DNA of 64,000 bases from an uncultured Armatimonadetes bacterium (lineage in GTDB: Bacteria > Armatimonadota > Hebobacteria > Hebobacterales > Hebobacteraceae). Position 1 is the stretch's first letter. Each line of letters starts with the position of its first letter. The notes beneath the pieces were generated by a model. It did not search any database. It was given only the letters and a program-made list of their open reading frames with translations, and had not been told where the DNA came from. Below, one piece after another: positions 28,445 to 37,437 of the stretch. The translations under genes were made by a program, and so were the position numbers. The DNA lies in contig OY970296.1 of the NCBI GenBank assembly GCA_963716175.1, positions 2,944,001 to 3,008,000 on the forward strand, given 5' to 3'.

Positions 28445-29509
28445 ATGGCCGACCAGGCTCAGCAGTTGGCGGAGGAGCTGCAGTCCCGAATGGCGCAGGT
28501 GGAAGCGCGTGTGAAGGAGTTCAGCGACGCGTGGAGCCTCACGGACGACTGCCTGAATCTTCTTACCCGGGCCCGTGTCGAGATCGCCGCAGAGCACCTT
28601 CCAGAAGCCCGGACATTGGTGTTGCGGGCCGAGTGCCTGCTGTCCCAGGCCGACAAGAGCGCCCAGACGCTGCGCAAGTGGGGCCCCACCATCGGCATCT
28701 ATGAGGTGGCACTGTTGTTCGGCCTGCTTCTGCTCGCCCTGAACGGCGACCGCTGGCTGGGGTGGCTGTTTGGGGATCATCCCACCACCTGGATGCCGAT
28801 CGCACCCTACTCCCTGTGGGGCGCGCTGGGCGGGGTGGTGGCCGCGCTCTTCGGCTTCTACCTGCACGCGGCACGGCGTGACTTCGATCGGGGGTACGTC
28901 GCCTATTACTTCCTCAAACCCATCATGGGGCTAGTGCTGGGCCCTCTGGTCTACCTCTTTGCCCGGGCGGGTCTGATGGCGATCCAGTCCCAGGGCACGG
29001 TCATCGAACGGCCCGAGTTGCTTTACCTGGGGGCGTTCGTCCTCGGCTTTGGGGAGCGGTTCTCGTTGCGGCTGATCGATCGGGTGGCGGCAGCATTCTT
29101 CGGCCCGGGGGACGGGGGCCAGAGTGTCTTGGGGGCCACGATTGCTGGCGGTCCATCTGGAACCCCGGCTCCGCCGCCGGCAGCAGTGTCTCTGGCAGGG
29201 CCGTCGGCAACCGGTACGATACGAGTCCGGGTGATGGGCCCTGACCCAGGCGACATGGAGGATGTATCTGCAACTCTTCTCCGCGGTGACGAGCCCGTTC
29301 AGGTGAAAGGGCCGCCGCCGGACGAGGGCTCGGCTTTCGCATTCAGTCTGCTGCCGCTCGGTGCCTACCAGGTGGTGGCGAGCAAACCGGGCTGGCGGCA
29401 GCCTGCCCCGGTGATGGCGGAGCTGAAGTCTGCGGGGGAGGCGGCCGAGGTGCAGGTGCGACTGGAGCCGATCGTCGGCGAGCCCGCGCAACCGGGGTCT
29501 GGGAGGTGA
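28445..29509 (+). CDS. Membrane protein (about 4 TM) with a C-terminal carboxypeptidase-regulatory-like beta-sandwich
   Basis: GALGGVV...YYFLKPIMG...LGFGERF TM bundle; G.IRVRV...FAFSLLPLGAYQVVASKPGW. Confidence 0.7.
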   Translation: MADQAQQLAEELQSRMAQVEARVKEFSDAWSLTDDCLNLLTRARVEIAAEHLPEARTLVLRAECLLSQADKSAQTLRKWGPTIGIYEVALLFGLLLLALNGDRWLGWLFGDHPTTWMPIAPYSLWGALGGVVAALFGFYLHAARRDFDRGYVAYYFLKPIMGLVLGPLVYLFARAGLMAIQSQGTVIERPELLYLGAFVLGFGERFSLRLIDRVAAAFFGPGDGGQSVLGATIAGGPSGTPAPPPAAVSLAGPSATGTIRVRVMGPDPGDMEDVSATLLRGDEPVQVKGPPPDEGSAFAFSLLPLGAYQVVASKPGWRQPAPVMAELKSAGEAAEVQVRLEPIVGEPAQPGSGR

Positions 29510-29515
29510 GCCGCC

Positions 29516-30160
29516 ATGCCCTTCAGCAGAGAGGAGCTGGACCGTGAACTGGGCCACCTCGAGTACCAGCAGCTTCCGGGCGGCAAGCTGAAGCTCGACC
29601 AGGGGTGGATAGACGCCCACCTCGTCTGCATCGACGCTCCCTGGGACCTCCCTCCGGGCTGGGGAGGATATGCCTCGCGTAGCCGCTGCCACAAGCGGGC
29701 CACGGGCCAGCTCCTGCTGGCGCTGCAGGAACTGCAGGCTCGTGCCCTCGTCGGGTTGATCGAGACCTCCGACGGCGTCTGGACGGCGCGTTTGGTAACG
29801 GGAGGAAGCACACAGTCGCTCGACTGCTGGGGCCACGCACTGGATCTGAATGCGAGTAAGTTCCCCTTGGGCAGCAGCAGGCGACAGGACCCGCAGTTGG
29901 TGGCGATCATGGCCGACCATGGTTTCGAGTGTGGCCAGGTGTGGGAGCACCGGAAAGACCCGATGCATTTCGAGGCCATTCGCTTCCTCAATGCGGTGCC
30001 TGTCACCTCGGATCAGGTGGCGATCCTAGTCGCCGGCGCCCAAGTGGCGACGGGGCGGCTGGAGGGCGGCCATGTCGTGGGGCCGGTCGGGGCGGTGGCG
30101 CAGGCTCTGGGCAGGCGCGTCACCTGGGACGGGATGAGTAAGCATCTGTCTATTGATTGA
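29516..30160 (+). CDS. M15-family peptidase-like protein (first Zn ligand His replaced by Asp) + short C-terminal domain
   Basis: SLDCWGHALDLN (cf. SxHxxGxAxD) and KDPMHFE; tail VAQALGRRVTWD. Confidence 0.75.
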   Translation: MPFSREELDRELGHLEYQQLPGGKLKLDQGWIDAHLVCIDAPWDLPPGWGGYASRSRCHKRATGQLLLALQELQARALVGLIETSDGVWTARLVTGGSTQSLDCWGHALDLNASKFPLGSSRRQDPQLVAIMADHGFECGQVWEHRKDPMHFEAIRFLNAVPVTSDQVAILVAGAQVATGRLEGGHVVGPVGAVAQALGRRVTWDGMSKHLSID

Positions 30161-30262
30161 CAGGCCCTCCTTCAGAAACTCCGGATCGTTGGCAGTTGCC
30201 CGGCCTGGGTATTGCAGGAGCGCCCGTAGACGTGACACTTGTGCAGTCGGCAGGCTGACGGG

Positions 30263-31387
30263 ATGAGAGTCGCGATTGACGCGCGAGCGGCCGACGGACC
30301 GCCCACCGGCATCCGGTGGTACCTTCGCACATTGGTCCATGCCCTGGCTGCATCCCCAGACGAGAACCGCTATCTCCTCCTTCGTCATGGGGCATCCGAC
30401 AGTCCGCCGTTGACGCAAGACCCGCGATTTGAGGCTGCGAAGCTACCATCGCCGGCGGACATGTGGATGGAATTGCATGTGGACGAGGTGCTGGGGGAGT
30501 GGCAGGCTGATCTCTTCCACTCACCGTTCGCGCCGGTCCCAACGGTTCGCCCCTGTCCAGCGATCATGACAGTCCACGATGTCATCCCGCGTCTGCTGCC
30601 GGACTTGGTGGACGGGGCTTTCCGCAGGTACTTCCACGAGCGCCTGGTGCCGGGGTTCCGGCGCTGCCAGCGACTGATCGCGGTGTCACAGCACACCGCG
30701 CAGGATCTGACGCATCTCTACGGCGTCCGCTCCGACCGCATCAGCGTTGCCGCGGAGGCAGCCCCGCCCGAGCACGTGCAGCTAGTTCTTTCCGAGCAGG
30801 CGGCGCTAACGCTGACCCGCCTGGGAGTGAATCCCCCTTACTTCCTCTTTGTGGGCGCGATTGAACCACGCAAGAACATCTCGCTGCTGCTCGACGCATA
30901 CGGTCAGCTCCACCAGGAAGACCCCACCGTGCCACAGTTAGTCCTCGTCGGTGCGGCGCGGGACCAGTCAGACCAGGTCGCACGCAGGTTACGTTCCCTC
31001 GCCGAGCAGAAGGCTCTGGTGTGGCTGGAGTACCTGACTCCAGACGATCTGTGCGCTGTTTACAGTCAGGCGACGGCGCTGGCGTTCCCGTCCTTATATG
31101 AGGGGTTTGGGTTGCCCGTGCTTGAGGGGATGTCACATGGTGTGCCTGTGGCCTGCTCCTATGTGTCTTCCCTCCCAGAGCTCGTGGGCGACGCCGGCCT
31201 CCTGGTCGACCCGTACGACCCCGGACAACTGGCATCTGCACTCGCCCGACTGTGGAACAGTCCTGAACTCCGCGCCGAGCTAGGGGGGAAAGCGAAGGCC
31301 AGGGCGAAGCTGTTTGGGGTGGAGCGCATGGGGAGGGAAACACTCTCGGCGTACTCGCTAGCGGTGGGCTGGAGTGTCGGCGGGTAG
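30263..31387 (+). CDS. Glycosyltransferase family 4 (MtfB/WbpY-like)
   Basis: MRVAIDAR, TVHD, VGAIEPRKN, PSLYEGFGLPVLE. Confidence 0.93.
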   Translation: MRVAIDARAADGPPTGIRWYLRTLVHALAASPDENRYLLLRHGASDSPPLTQDPRFEAAKLPSPADMWMELHVDEVLGEWQADLFHSPFAPVPTVRPCPAIMTVHDVIPRLLPDLVDGAFRRYFHERLVPGFRRCQRLIAVSQHTAQDLTHLYGVRSDRISVAAEAAPPEHVQLVLSEQAALTLTRLGVNPPYFLFVGAIEPRKNISLLLDAYGQLHQEDPTVPQLVLVGAARDQSDQVARRLRSLAEQKALVWLEYLTPDDLCAVYSQATALAFPSLYEGFGLPVLEGMSHGVPVACSYVSSLPELVGDAGLLVDPYDPGQLASALARLWNSPELRAELGGKAKARAKLFGVERMGRETLSAYSLAVGWSVGG

Positions 31388-31650
31388 CTTGTAGAACCCC
31401 TCGGTCCGGTAGAGAGGCCGCGTGGGAGGCACACTCGCGTGTCGAGCGACCTCCCTCTTCTGGCAGAAGACGACGAAGAGGCGCTCAAGCACCACCTATC
31501 CGCGCCTCCGGAGAGCGGGGCAGTTCTGCTCCGTGGTGGGCTGGCCCCGGGGACTGTAGGTGCGCGACATCCCGCGTTCCTCTACGAGTGAAGGGAGCAG
31601 GGAGCATCGCAGAATGCCGCCGGCAGGGCGGGTAAGGATGGCCACTGGCG

Positions 31651-32790
31651 ATGCGCATCGGCATTGATGCCCGCTCGGTCTACCCGGGCCACGGCGGCAT
31701 CGGCACTTACGTCTGCGAGTTGGTGCGCGCCCTGGTGCGCGTGGACTCTGGCAACGAATATGTCCTCTTCTCCACCGAGCGGAAGGGGCCTACCCCGATC
31801 GCCCTTGCGCCTAACCTCACTGAGACGCTGTGTCCGGCCGCGATGCTAGACCGGCGCTGGGAGCAGTTCGAACTGCCCAGCCTGGCAGAGGCCCTCGCGT
31901 TAGATGTGCTGCACATGACTTGCTTCACCACCCCCATCGCCAAGACCTGCCCGGTGGTGGCTACCATCCACGACGTAGTCTTCCGGGTGCGACCGGACTT
32001 GGTCCGCCCAGCCCTCGCCGATTACCTCGACCGCTGGGCGGGCTTTGCAGCGCACACGGCCGACCAGGTGATCACCTGCTCGCATCACTCCTGCCGGGAG
32101 ATCAGCCGGGTCTATGGGATATCGCCACAGCGCATCACGGTGATCAATGAAGCGCCCGGCCCCCAGTTCCGCCCGGCAGACCGGTCGCACGCCGCATCCC
32201 GAGTGCATGACAGGCTCGGGCTGGATGCGGGCTATGTCCTTTATGTCGGGGCGCTGGAACCGAAGAAGAACATCGACGGCCTCCTGGACGCTTTCGCCCA
32301 GTTGCTGCGGAACGGGCGAGTCCCGCCGGGGATGACACTGGCCCTGGTGGGGGGTGAAGGGGGCATGCCTTATGATGTGGATCAGGCGGTGCGCTTGCGC
32401 AGCCTCGGAGAATCCGTGAGAGCACTAGGTTACGTGGCAGATGAGGAGCTGCCTTTCCTCTACCGCGCGGCCGGCGTGTTCGTCTATCCCTCGTTCTACG
32501 AGGGATTCGGGCTGCCTCCCCTGGAGGCGATGGCCTGCGGCACTCCGACTGTGGTCTCCAATGCCACCTCCCTTCCAGAAGTGGTCGGTGACGGAGCGCT
32601 GCTGGCCGATCCCGAGCATCCGTCCGAAATCGCAGGAGCCATGGAGAAGGTACTGCTAGACCCGGCGTTTGCGTCGGCGCTATCGGCGCGAGGACGGGCG
32701 CGGGCCGCTCAGTTCAGCTGGGAGGAAACTGCCCGGTCGACTCTGCAGGTCTATCAGCGCGCGGCCGGCGGCACGAAGGCAGCGGCCTGA
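31651..32790 (+). CDS. Glycosyltransferase family 4 (MtfB/WbpY-like)
   Basis: [32 protein letters not shown]. Confidence 0.95.
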   Translation: MRIGIDARSVYPGHGGIGTYVCELVRALVRVDSGNEYVLFSTERKGPTPIALAPNLTETLCPAAMLDRRWEQFELPSLAEALALDVLHMTCFTTPIAKTCPVVATIHDVVFRVRPDLVRPALADYLDRWAGFAAHTADQVITCSHHSCREISRVYGISPQRITVINEAPGPQFRPADRSHAASRVHDRLGLDAGYVLYVGALEPKKNIDGLLDAFAQLLRNGRVPPGMTLALVGGEGGMPYDVDQAVRLRSLGESVRALGYVADEELPFLYRAAGVFVYPSFYEGFGLPPLEAMACGTPTVVSNATSLPEVVGDGALLADPEHPSEIAGAMEKVLLDPAFASALSARGRARAAQFSWEETARSTLQVYQRAAGGTKAAA

Positions 32791-33965
32791 TGCGCGTGCT
32801 GATGCTATGCTCAGAGTACCCGCCGGCCAAGGTCTTTGGCCTGGGACGGGCAGTGCACGATCTGTCCCGTGCCCTTGCTGCGCGTGGAGACGATGTGCAC
32901 GTCCTCACCAACAGCCTGGGGGGACGCGACCAGGACGTGGTTGTGGACGGAGTCCGCGTCCATCGCGTCAACTTCCCGAACCCACCTCGCCCGCCGGATG
33001 CCACCTCCTGCGTCATCCAATTCAACATCAGCCTGCTGGAGCGCGCTCAGGCGTTGCTGCCTTCGCTGGGGGATCTGGACCTGATCCATGCTCACGACTG
33101 GCTCGTCGCTCTCGCCGGGGTGTACCTGAGCGATCAGCTCCAGGTGCAGCTGGTAACTACCTTCCACGATACCGCCATGGGGAAGTACTTCGGCAACCTG
33201 AACCGGGAGCAGCAGTACATCTCGTTCTCGGAGCGCTGGCTGGCCGGCGCATCTAGCCGAGTGATCGCCTGCAGCAGCCACGTCAGAGATGAGCTCATCC
33301 AGCACTGCGGTACCCGGGCCTCCCAGATCGATGTCATCCCCTGCGGGGTGGACCCGGACCCGTTTGAGGTCACGGTGAACCTGTCGGCGTTCCGCACTGT
33401 GCTTGCCGGCCCCGAGGAGCGGATCATCCTCTATGTAGGTCGTCTGGACCCGGAGAAGGGAGTGGACGTGCTCGTGCGCGCCTTCGCTCTCCTGGGCGCC
33501 GAGGCCGGTGATCTCCGACTGGTGATCGCGGGAGAAGGGCAAAGGCTCCAGGAGTTGCAGCAGCTGGCCGAAGAGGTGGGACTGGAAGAGAAGGTGACAT
33601 TCCTGGGATACGTCAGCCATACGGCACTGGCAGCAGTCTACCGGGCTGCGGAACTGGTCGTGGTGCCCAGCCTTTATGAACCCTTTGGCATGGTAGCGCT
33701 GGAGGCGATGGCGGCGGGCCGTCCGGTGGTAGCGACGGAGATCGGAGGGCTGTCCGAGATCGTGGTTCTGGAGCGAACGGGGCTACTGGTGGCAGCCGGA
33801 GACGAACGGGCGCTGGCGGCAGGGATGGACCGAGTACTGCGGGAGCCTGGGCTGTCCGCAGCATTGGGCGCTGCTGGTCGAGAGCGCGCGTTGCGGGAGT
33901 ACTCGTGGCAGCATGTGGCCCAGCAGACCAGCCAGTGCTACTCACGGAGCGCGAGTTCCGCATAG
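32790..33965 (+). CDS. Glycosyltransferase family 4
   Basis: EYPP, HAHDWL, VGRLDPEKG, PSLYEPFGMVALEAM. Confidence 0.95.
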   Translation: MRVLMLCSEYPPAKVFGLGRAVHDLSRALAARGDDVHVLTNSLGGRDQDVVVDGVRVHRVNFPNPPRPPDATSCVIQFNISLLERAQALLPSLGDLDLIHAHDWLVALAGVYLSDQLQVQLVTTFHDTAMGKYFGNLNREQQYISFSERWLAGASSRVIACSSHVRDELIQHCGTRASQIDVIPCGVDPDPFEVTVNLSAFRTVLAGPEERIILYVGRLDPEKGVDVLVRAFALLGAEAGDLRLVIAGEGQRLQELQQLAEEVGLEEKVTFLGYVSHTALAAVYRAAELVVVPSLYEPFGMVALEAMAAGRPVVATEIGGLSEIVVLERTGLLVAAGDERALAAGMDRVLREPGLSAALGAAGRERALREYSWQHVAQQTSQCYSRSASSA

Positions 33966-34023
33966 CGGCGGCGGTCCAGCCAGCGCGCCAGGAGAGCATG
34001 ACACGGGACGAGAAGGTGATAGC

Positions 34024-35148
34024 GTGCGGATAGCCATTGACGCCAGACTATTGGGGACTCGAGATACGGGGAGCGCAGTGTACACGCGCGCCCTGCTGCA
34101 GGCGCTGGCTGAACTGCCGGTCTCGCACGACTTCGCGCTCATCTGCAGCGCTGGCATCCAGGGTGCTTGGCACCCAGGTCGCCGGTTCGCCTGGCTGGAG
34201 ACTCCAGAGGCCACGCTCATGAACGAGCGGTGGGAACAACTAGACCTGCCCGCCCTGGCAGCCGAGGCCAGAGCGGAAGTCTACCTTTCCCTCACCGGGC
34301 TGCTGCCGGCCGTGCAGACGTGCCCCCAGGTGACGCTGATCCACGATGTCGGCGTAGAGGACGAACCTGGCTTCTACCCCACTCCTCTTTGGGAGTACCT
34401 CAGGAAATGGCTGCGCGCGGCCGCCGCTCAGGCCGACCGGGTGGTCACGGTCTCGCAGTTCGCGAAGGTTGGCATTGAGCGGGCATATGACGTCGACGCC
34501 GAACGAATCGACGTGGTCGCTCCCGCAGCAGAGCATCGGTTCCAGCCGGTACCAGATGGACAGGAGCGGAGACTAGTGTTGCTCCATTACGGCCTGGACG
34601 GGCCCTACGTTATCACAGTCGCCGCAGCGCAGCCGAACAAGAATCTCACCGCGGTGCTGGAGGCGTTCTGCTCGGCCGGTGGCACGGCAAGGACCGGCCA
34701 CCGGCTGGCACTAGTGGGAGGTGCAGGAGGCGCGGCGTCAGCCGTGCAAAGGGCCGTCCGCCAGCTGGGCCTGGAGGAGGCAGTTCGGTTCCTGGGGTAC
34801 GTACCGAGGGATCACCTCCCCATGCTCTACAGTGGTGCCAGCTGCTTCCTCTGGGGGTCCCTTTACGAAGGGTTCGGGCTGGCACCGCTGGAAGCGATGG
34901 CCTGCGGCACCCCCGTGGTTTCCTCCAACCGTACAGCAATGCCGGAGGTCCTGGGCGACGCCGCGCTGCTCGTTGACCCGGCCGATGCGGATGCGATGAG
35001 CTGCGCCCTCACTTCCGTGCTGTCTGACCAGTCGCTTCGGAACCAGCTGCGAGAGGCCGGGATAGCAAGGGCCCGCTGCTTCTCCTGGCAGAGGGCTGCA
35101 GAGCAGATGGTGGCCTGTCTAGAGCGGGCAGCGGCAGGGGGATCATGA
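34024..35148 (+). CDS. Glycosyltransferase family 4 (MtfB/WbpY-like)
   Basis: [29 protein letters not shown]. Confidence 0.93.
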   Translation: MRIAIDARLLGTRDTGSAVYTRALLQALAELPVSHDFALICSAGIQGAWHPGRRFAWLETPEATLMNERWEQLDLPALAAEARAEVYLSLTGLLPAVQTCPQVTLIHDVGVEDEPGFYPTPLWEYLRKWLRAAAAQADRVVTVSQFAKVGIERAYDVDAERIDVVAPAAEHRFQPVPDGQERRLVLLHYGLDGPYVITVAAAQPNKNLTAVLEAFCSAGGTARTGHRLALVGGAGGAASAVQRAVRQLGLEEAVRFLGYVPRDHLPMLYSGASCFLWGSLYEGFGLAPLEAMACGTPVVSSNRTAMPEVLGDAALLVDPADADAMSCALTSVLSDQSLRNQLREAGIARARCFSWQRAAEQMVACLERAAAGGS

Positions 35149-36401
35149 TGCGGAGCCGCGGCGGTGACGAGCGACTCAATTCCCAGACGACGGTAGCCGG
35201 ATCAGGGGATCGCCCCCTTCGCGTGCTCATGCTGGCGCCCAAGCCTGGCAGCGAGAGCGCGTTCGCCCTTGACTGGCATGTCCCTGGTCTGGCACGGGCG
35301 CTTTCAGCGCGTGGTTGCGAGGTGCATCTGGCCGGCGGCGGCCCACATACTGGCAAGCGTCTCGCGCAAGGGAGGGTTCGCCTCTACTCCGGGCAGCGGC
35401 GCCCACCATTTCGCGCTCCCGGCCCCATCTCGGACGCGCTGCAGGAGCAGGCCGGCCTGGTGGCAGCTGTGTTTCAGGCAGACGCGGATGTCGGTGCTTT
35501 CGATGTGCTGCATGCCCACGGCTGGGCCGGCGCCGCTGCCGCCCATGCCCTCAAGCGCGTGTCAGGATCGCCGCTAGTTTTCACCCTCCATCGGCTGGAG
35601 CATCTGGAACCGGACAGCCAGCAGCCGGAGGAACTCGCCTACATCCGGGAGGTCTACGCCTGGATCTGCCAGGAGGCGGAGCGGGTGATCTGCCTGTCTC
35701 GCTTCGTCATCGGGGAGGCTGCGCAGGCATACGGGCTGCCGTCCGACAAAGCACACCTGTGCCCAGTAGCGGTGGATGCAGAGGATTTGCAGACTGGTGC
35801 CGATATTGCCGCCTTCCGGGAGTTGTTCGGGGCCGGGCAGGGGAGGCTGATCACTTTCGCCGGTCGGCTCACCCGCGCTAAGGGCCCTCAGGTCCTCTTG
35901 GAGGCATTCCCGTACATACAGGCGGTCGTGCCTGATGTGAGAATGGCGATCTCTGGCGAAGGGCCTTTGGGTGCATGGCTTCTCCGGCGAGCCCAGGAGT
36001 TGGGTGTGGAGGCGGAGGTTACGTTCACCGGCTATCTGCGGGGCAAGGTGTTGGCGACGCTGCTGCGGTCAAGCGATGTTTTCGTTGCCCCAAGCCTCGT
36101 GGAGGCCTCAGGCCAGGCTGCGGCCGAGGCCATGAACTGTGGCACGGCAGTGGTGGCATCCGCCGGGGGCGGCCTGCGGGAGCTGATCGCTAACGAGGAA
36201 GATGGGCTGCTGGTTCCTCCAGACAACCCCAAAGCCCTGGCTGCCGGGGTGGTGAGGATGCTCTACGATGGTGATCTGCGCGGGAGGCTGTCAGCGAACG
36301 GCCGGCGACGCGTCATGGCCGGCCACTTGTGGCAGAGGGCGGTGGACGCCACCTTGCAGGCCTATGCCATTGCCCGAAAAGCGCGGTCGGATCTGCCCTG
36401 A
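35145..36401 (+). CDS. Glycosyltransferase family 4
   Basis: HAHGW, AGRLTRAKG, PSLVEASGQAAAEAM. Confidence 0.9.
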   Translation: MMRSRGGDERLNSQTTVAGSGDRPLRVLMLAPKPGSESAFALDWHVPGLARALSARGCEVHLAGGGPHTGKRLAQGRVRLYSGQRRPPFRAPGPISDALQEQAGLVAAVFQADADVGAFDVLHAHGWAGAAAAHALKRVSGSPLVFTLHRLEHLEPDSQQPEELAYIREVYAWICQEAERVICLSRFVIGEAAQAYGLPSDKAHLCPVAVDAEDLQTGADIAAFRELFGAGQGRLITFAGRLTRAKGPQVLLEAFPYIQAVVPDVRMAISGEGPLGAWLLRRAQELGVEAEVTFTGYLRGKVLATLLRSSDVFVAPSLVEASGQAAAEAMNCGTAVVASAGGGLRELIANEEDGLLVPPDNPKALAAGVVRMLYDGDLRGRLSANGRRRVMAGHLWQRAVDATLQAYAIARKARSDLP

Positions 36402-36413
36402 CGGAGCCAGGCA

Positions 36414-36788
36414 GTGTACAGTGACGTGATACAGGATCACTTCTTCAATCCCCGCAATGCCGGCGAGCTGGAGAACGCTGACGGCGTAGGTACGGAAGGC
36501 AGCCCGGGCTCTGGCAACTTCATGGTAGTTGCGGTGCGGGTGCGAGCCGGCCTGATCGAGGCCGCAAGGTTCCAGACCTATGGCTGTGCCGGCGCCATCG
36601 CGGCCGGCAGCTATCTCACCGAGTGGATCACCGGGCTGAGGGCAGAAGAGGCCGCTGCCATTACGCCCGGGGAGCTGGACAAGCAGCTGGGGGGTCTGCC
36701 TCTGGGAAAGGAACACTGCGCCGCCTTGGCGGTGGGCGCGCTGCGCCGAGCCCTTGAGAGCGTGGGGATAGGCCGCGGACCTGGGTAG
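36414..36788 (+). CDS. IscU/NifU-N-like scaffold protein, atypical (first Cys and Asp missing)
   Basis: YSDVIQDHFFNPRNAG, FQTYGC, LGGLPLGKEHCA; GSPGSGN in place of GNPxCGD. Confidence 0.88.
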   Translation: MYSDVIQDHFFNPRNAGELENADGVGTEGSPGSGNFMVVAVRVRAGLIEAARFQTYGCAGAIAAGSYLTEWITGLRAEEAAAITPGELDKQLGGLPLGKEHCAALAVGALRRALESVGIGRGPG

Positions 36789-36800
36789 GCCGCACGCTGC

Positions 36801-36857
36801 TTGCCCCAGAGATTTGCCCCAGAGCCTTGACGAGGCAAGTGGTTTGTAGTATATACT
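36801..36857 (+). promoter_or_regulatory. Sigma70-like promoter for the Rhs locus with an upstream tandem 11-bp direct repeat
   Basis: TTGCCCCAGAG at 36801 and 36814; TTGACG (36827)-17 nt-TATATA, with overlapping TATACT. Confidence 0.6.
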
Positions 36858-37160
36858 CTGTGGGCGCGGTGCCAGCGTGATAGAGGCAAGCGTTTAGCCT
36901 GCTGTCACCGCGGCCTTGGGGGGGAATATGGGCTGGTCGGCTGAAACCGAACCGCGGGCCCGCGACTGGCGTCGTTCACCCCTGCGCGCTCCTTACTCTA
37001 CTGCCTCTCACAGTCGTGCCGCGGGCCAGCCTGCATGCATCCGTCCATCGATTCCCTGTCGAGGCTCAGCAGGCGCCGCGTGTTGGGCTGAATGTCCTCG
37101 CTATGCCCGCGACGCAGTTGGCGGGAGATGACGGATCGCGAGTGTTGATGAATTGGAGCG

Positions 37161-37433
37161 ATGACGATGGCCGAGAGGGCTGAGTGGCAGCATCTTGGGG
37201 ACGAGTCGCGGCCGGAGCGCCTGTGGTACCTGGCTTCCGAACTCGATGCTAGCCTGGAGGGGATGCAGCAGCGGCGCAAGCAGAAGCGGGCACGTTTGGA
37301 GCTGGCTGGCATGATCCTGGCGCAGGGTCAGGATGAAGACTGGACCAGATCCGAGCGAGACATCAGCGGTCCACCGGAGGCCTATCCCAAGGGGGTGTCA
37401 CCAGCGAGCGGCGCACTGCACACGGGAGCATGA
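37161..37433 (+). CDS. Small hypothetical protein upstream of Rhs
   Basis: GGAG RBS; 90 aa; stops 4 nt before the likely Rhs ATG. Confidence 0.5.
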   Translation: MTMAERAEWQHLGDESRPERLWYLASELDASLEGMQQRRKQKRARLELAGMILAQGQDEDWTRSERDISGPPEAYPKGVSPASGALHTGA

Positions 37434-37437
37434 AAAG

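Noticed and set aside
15733-30160. Complete prophage
   Set aside because: No portal, capsid, tail or replication genes are recognisable.
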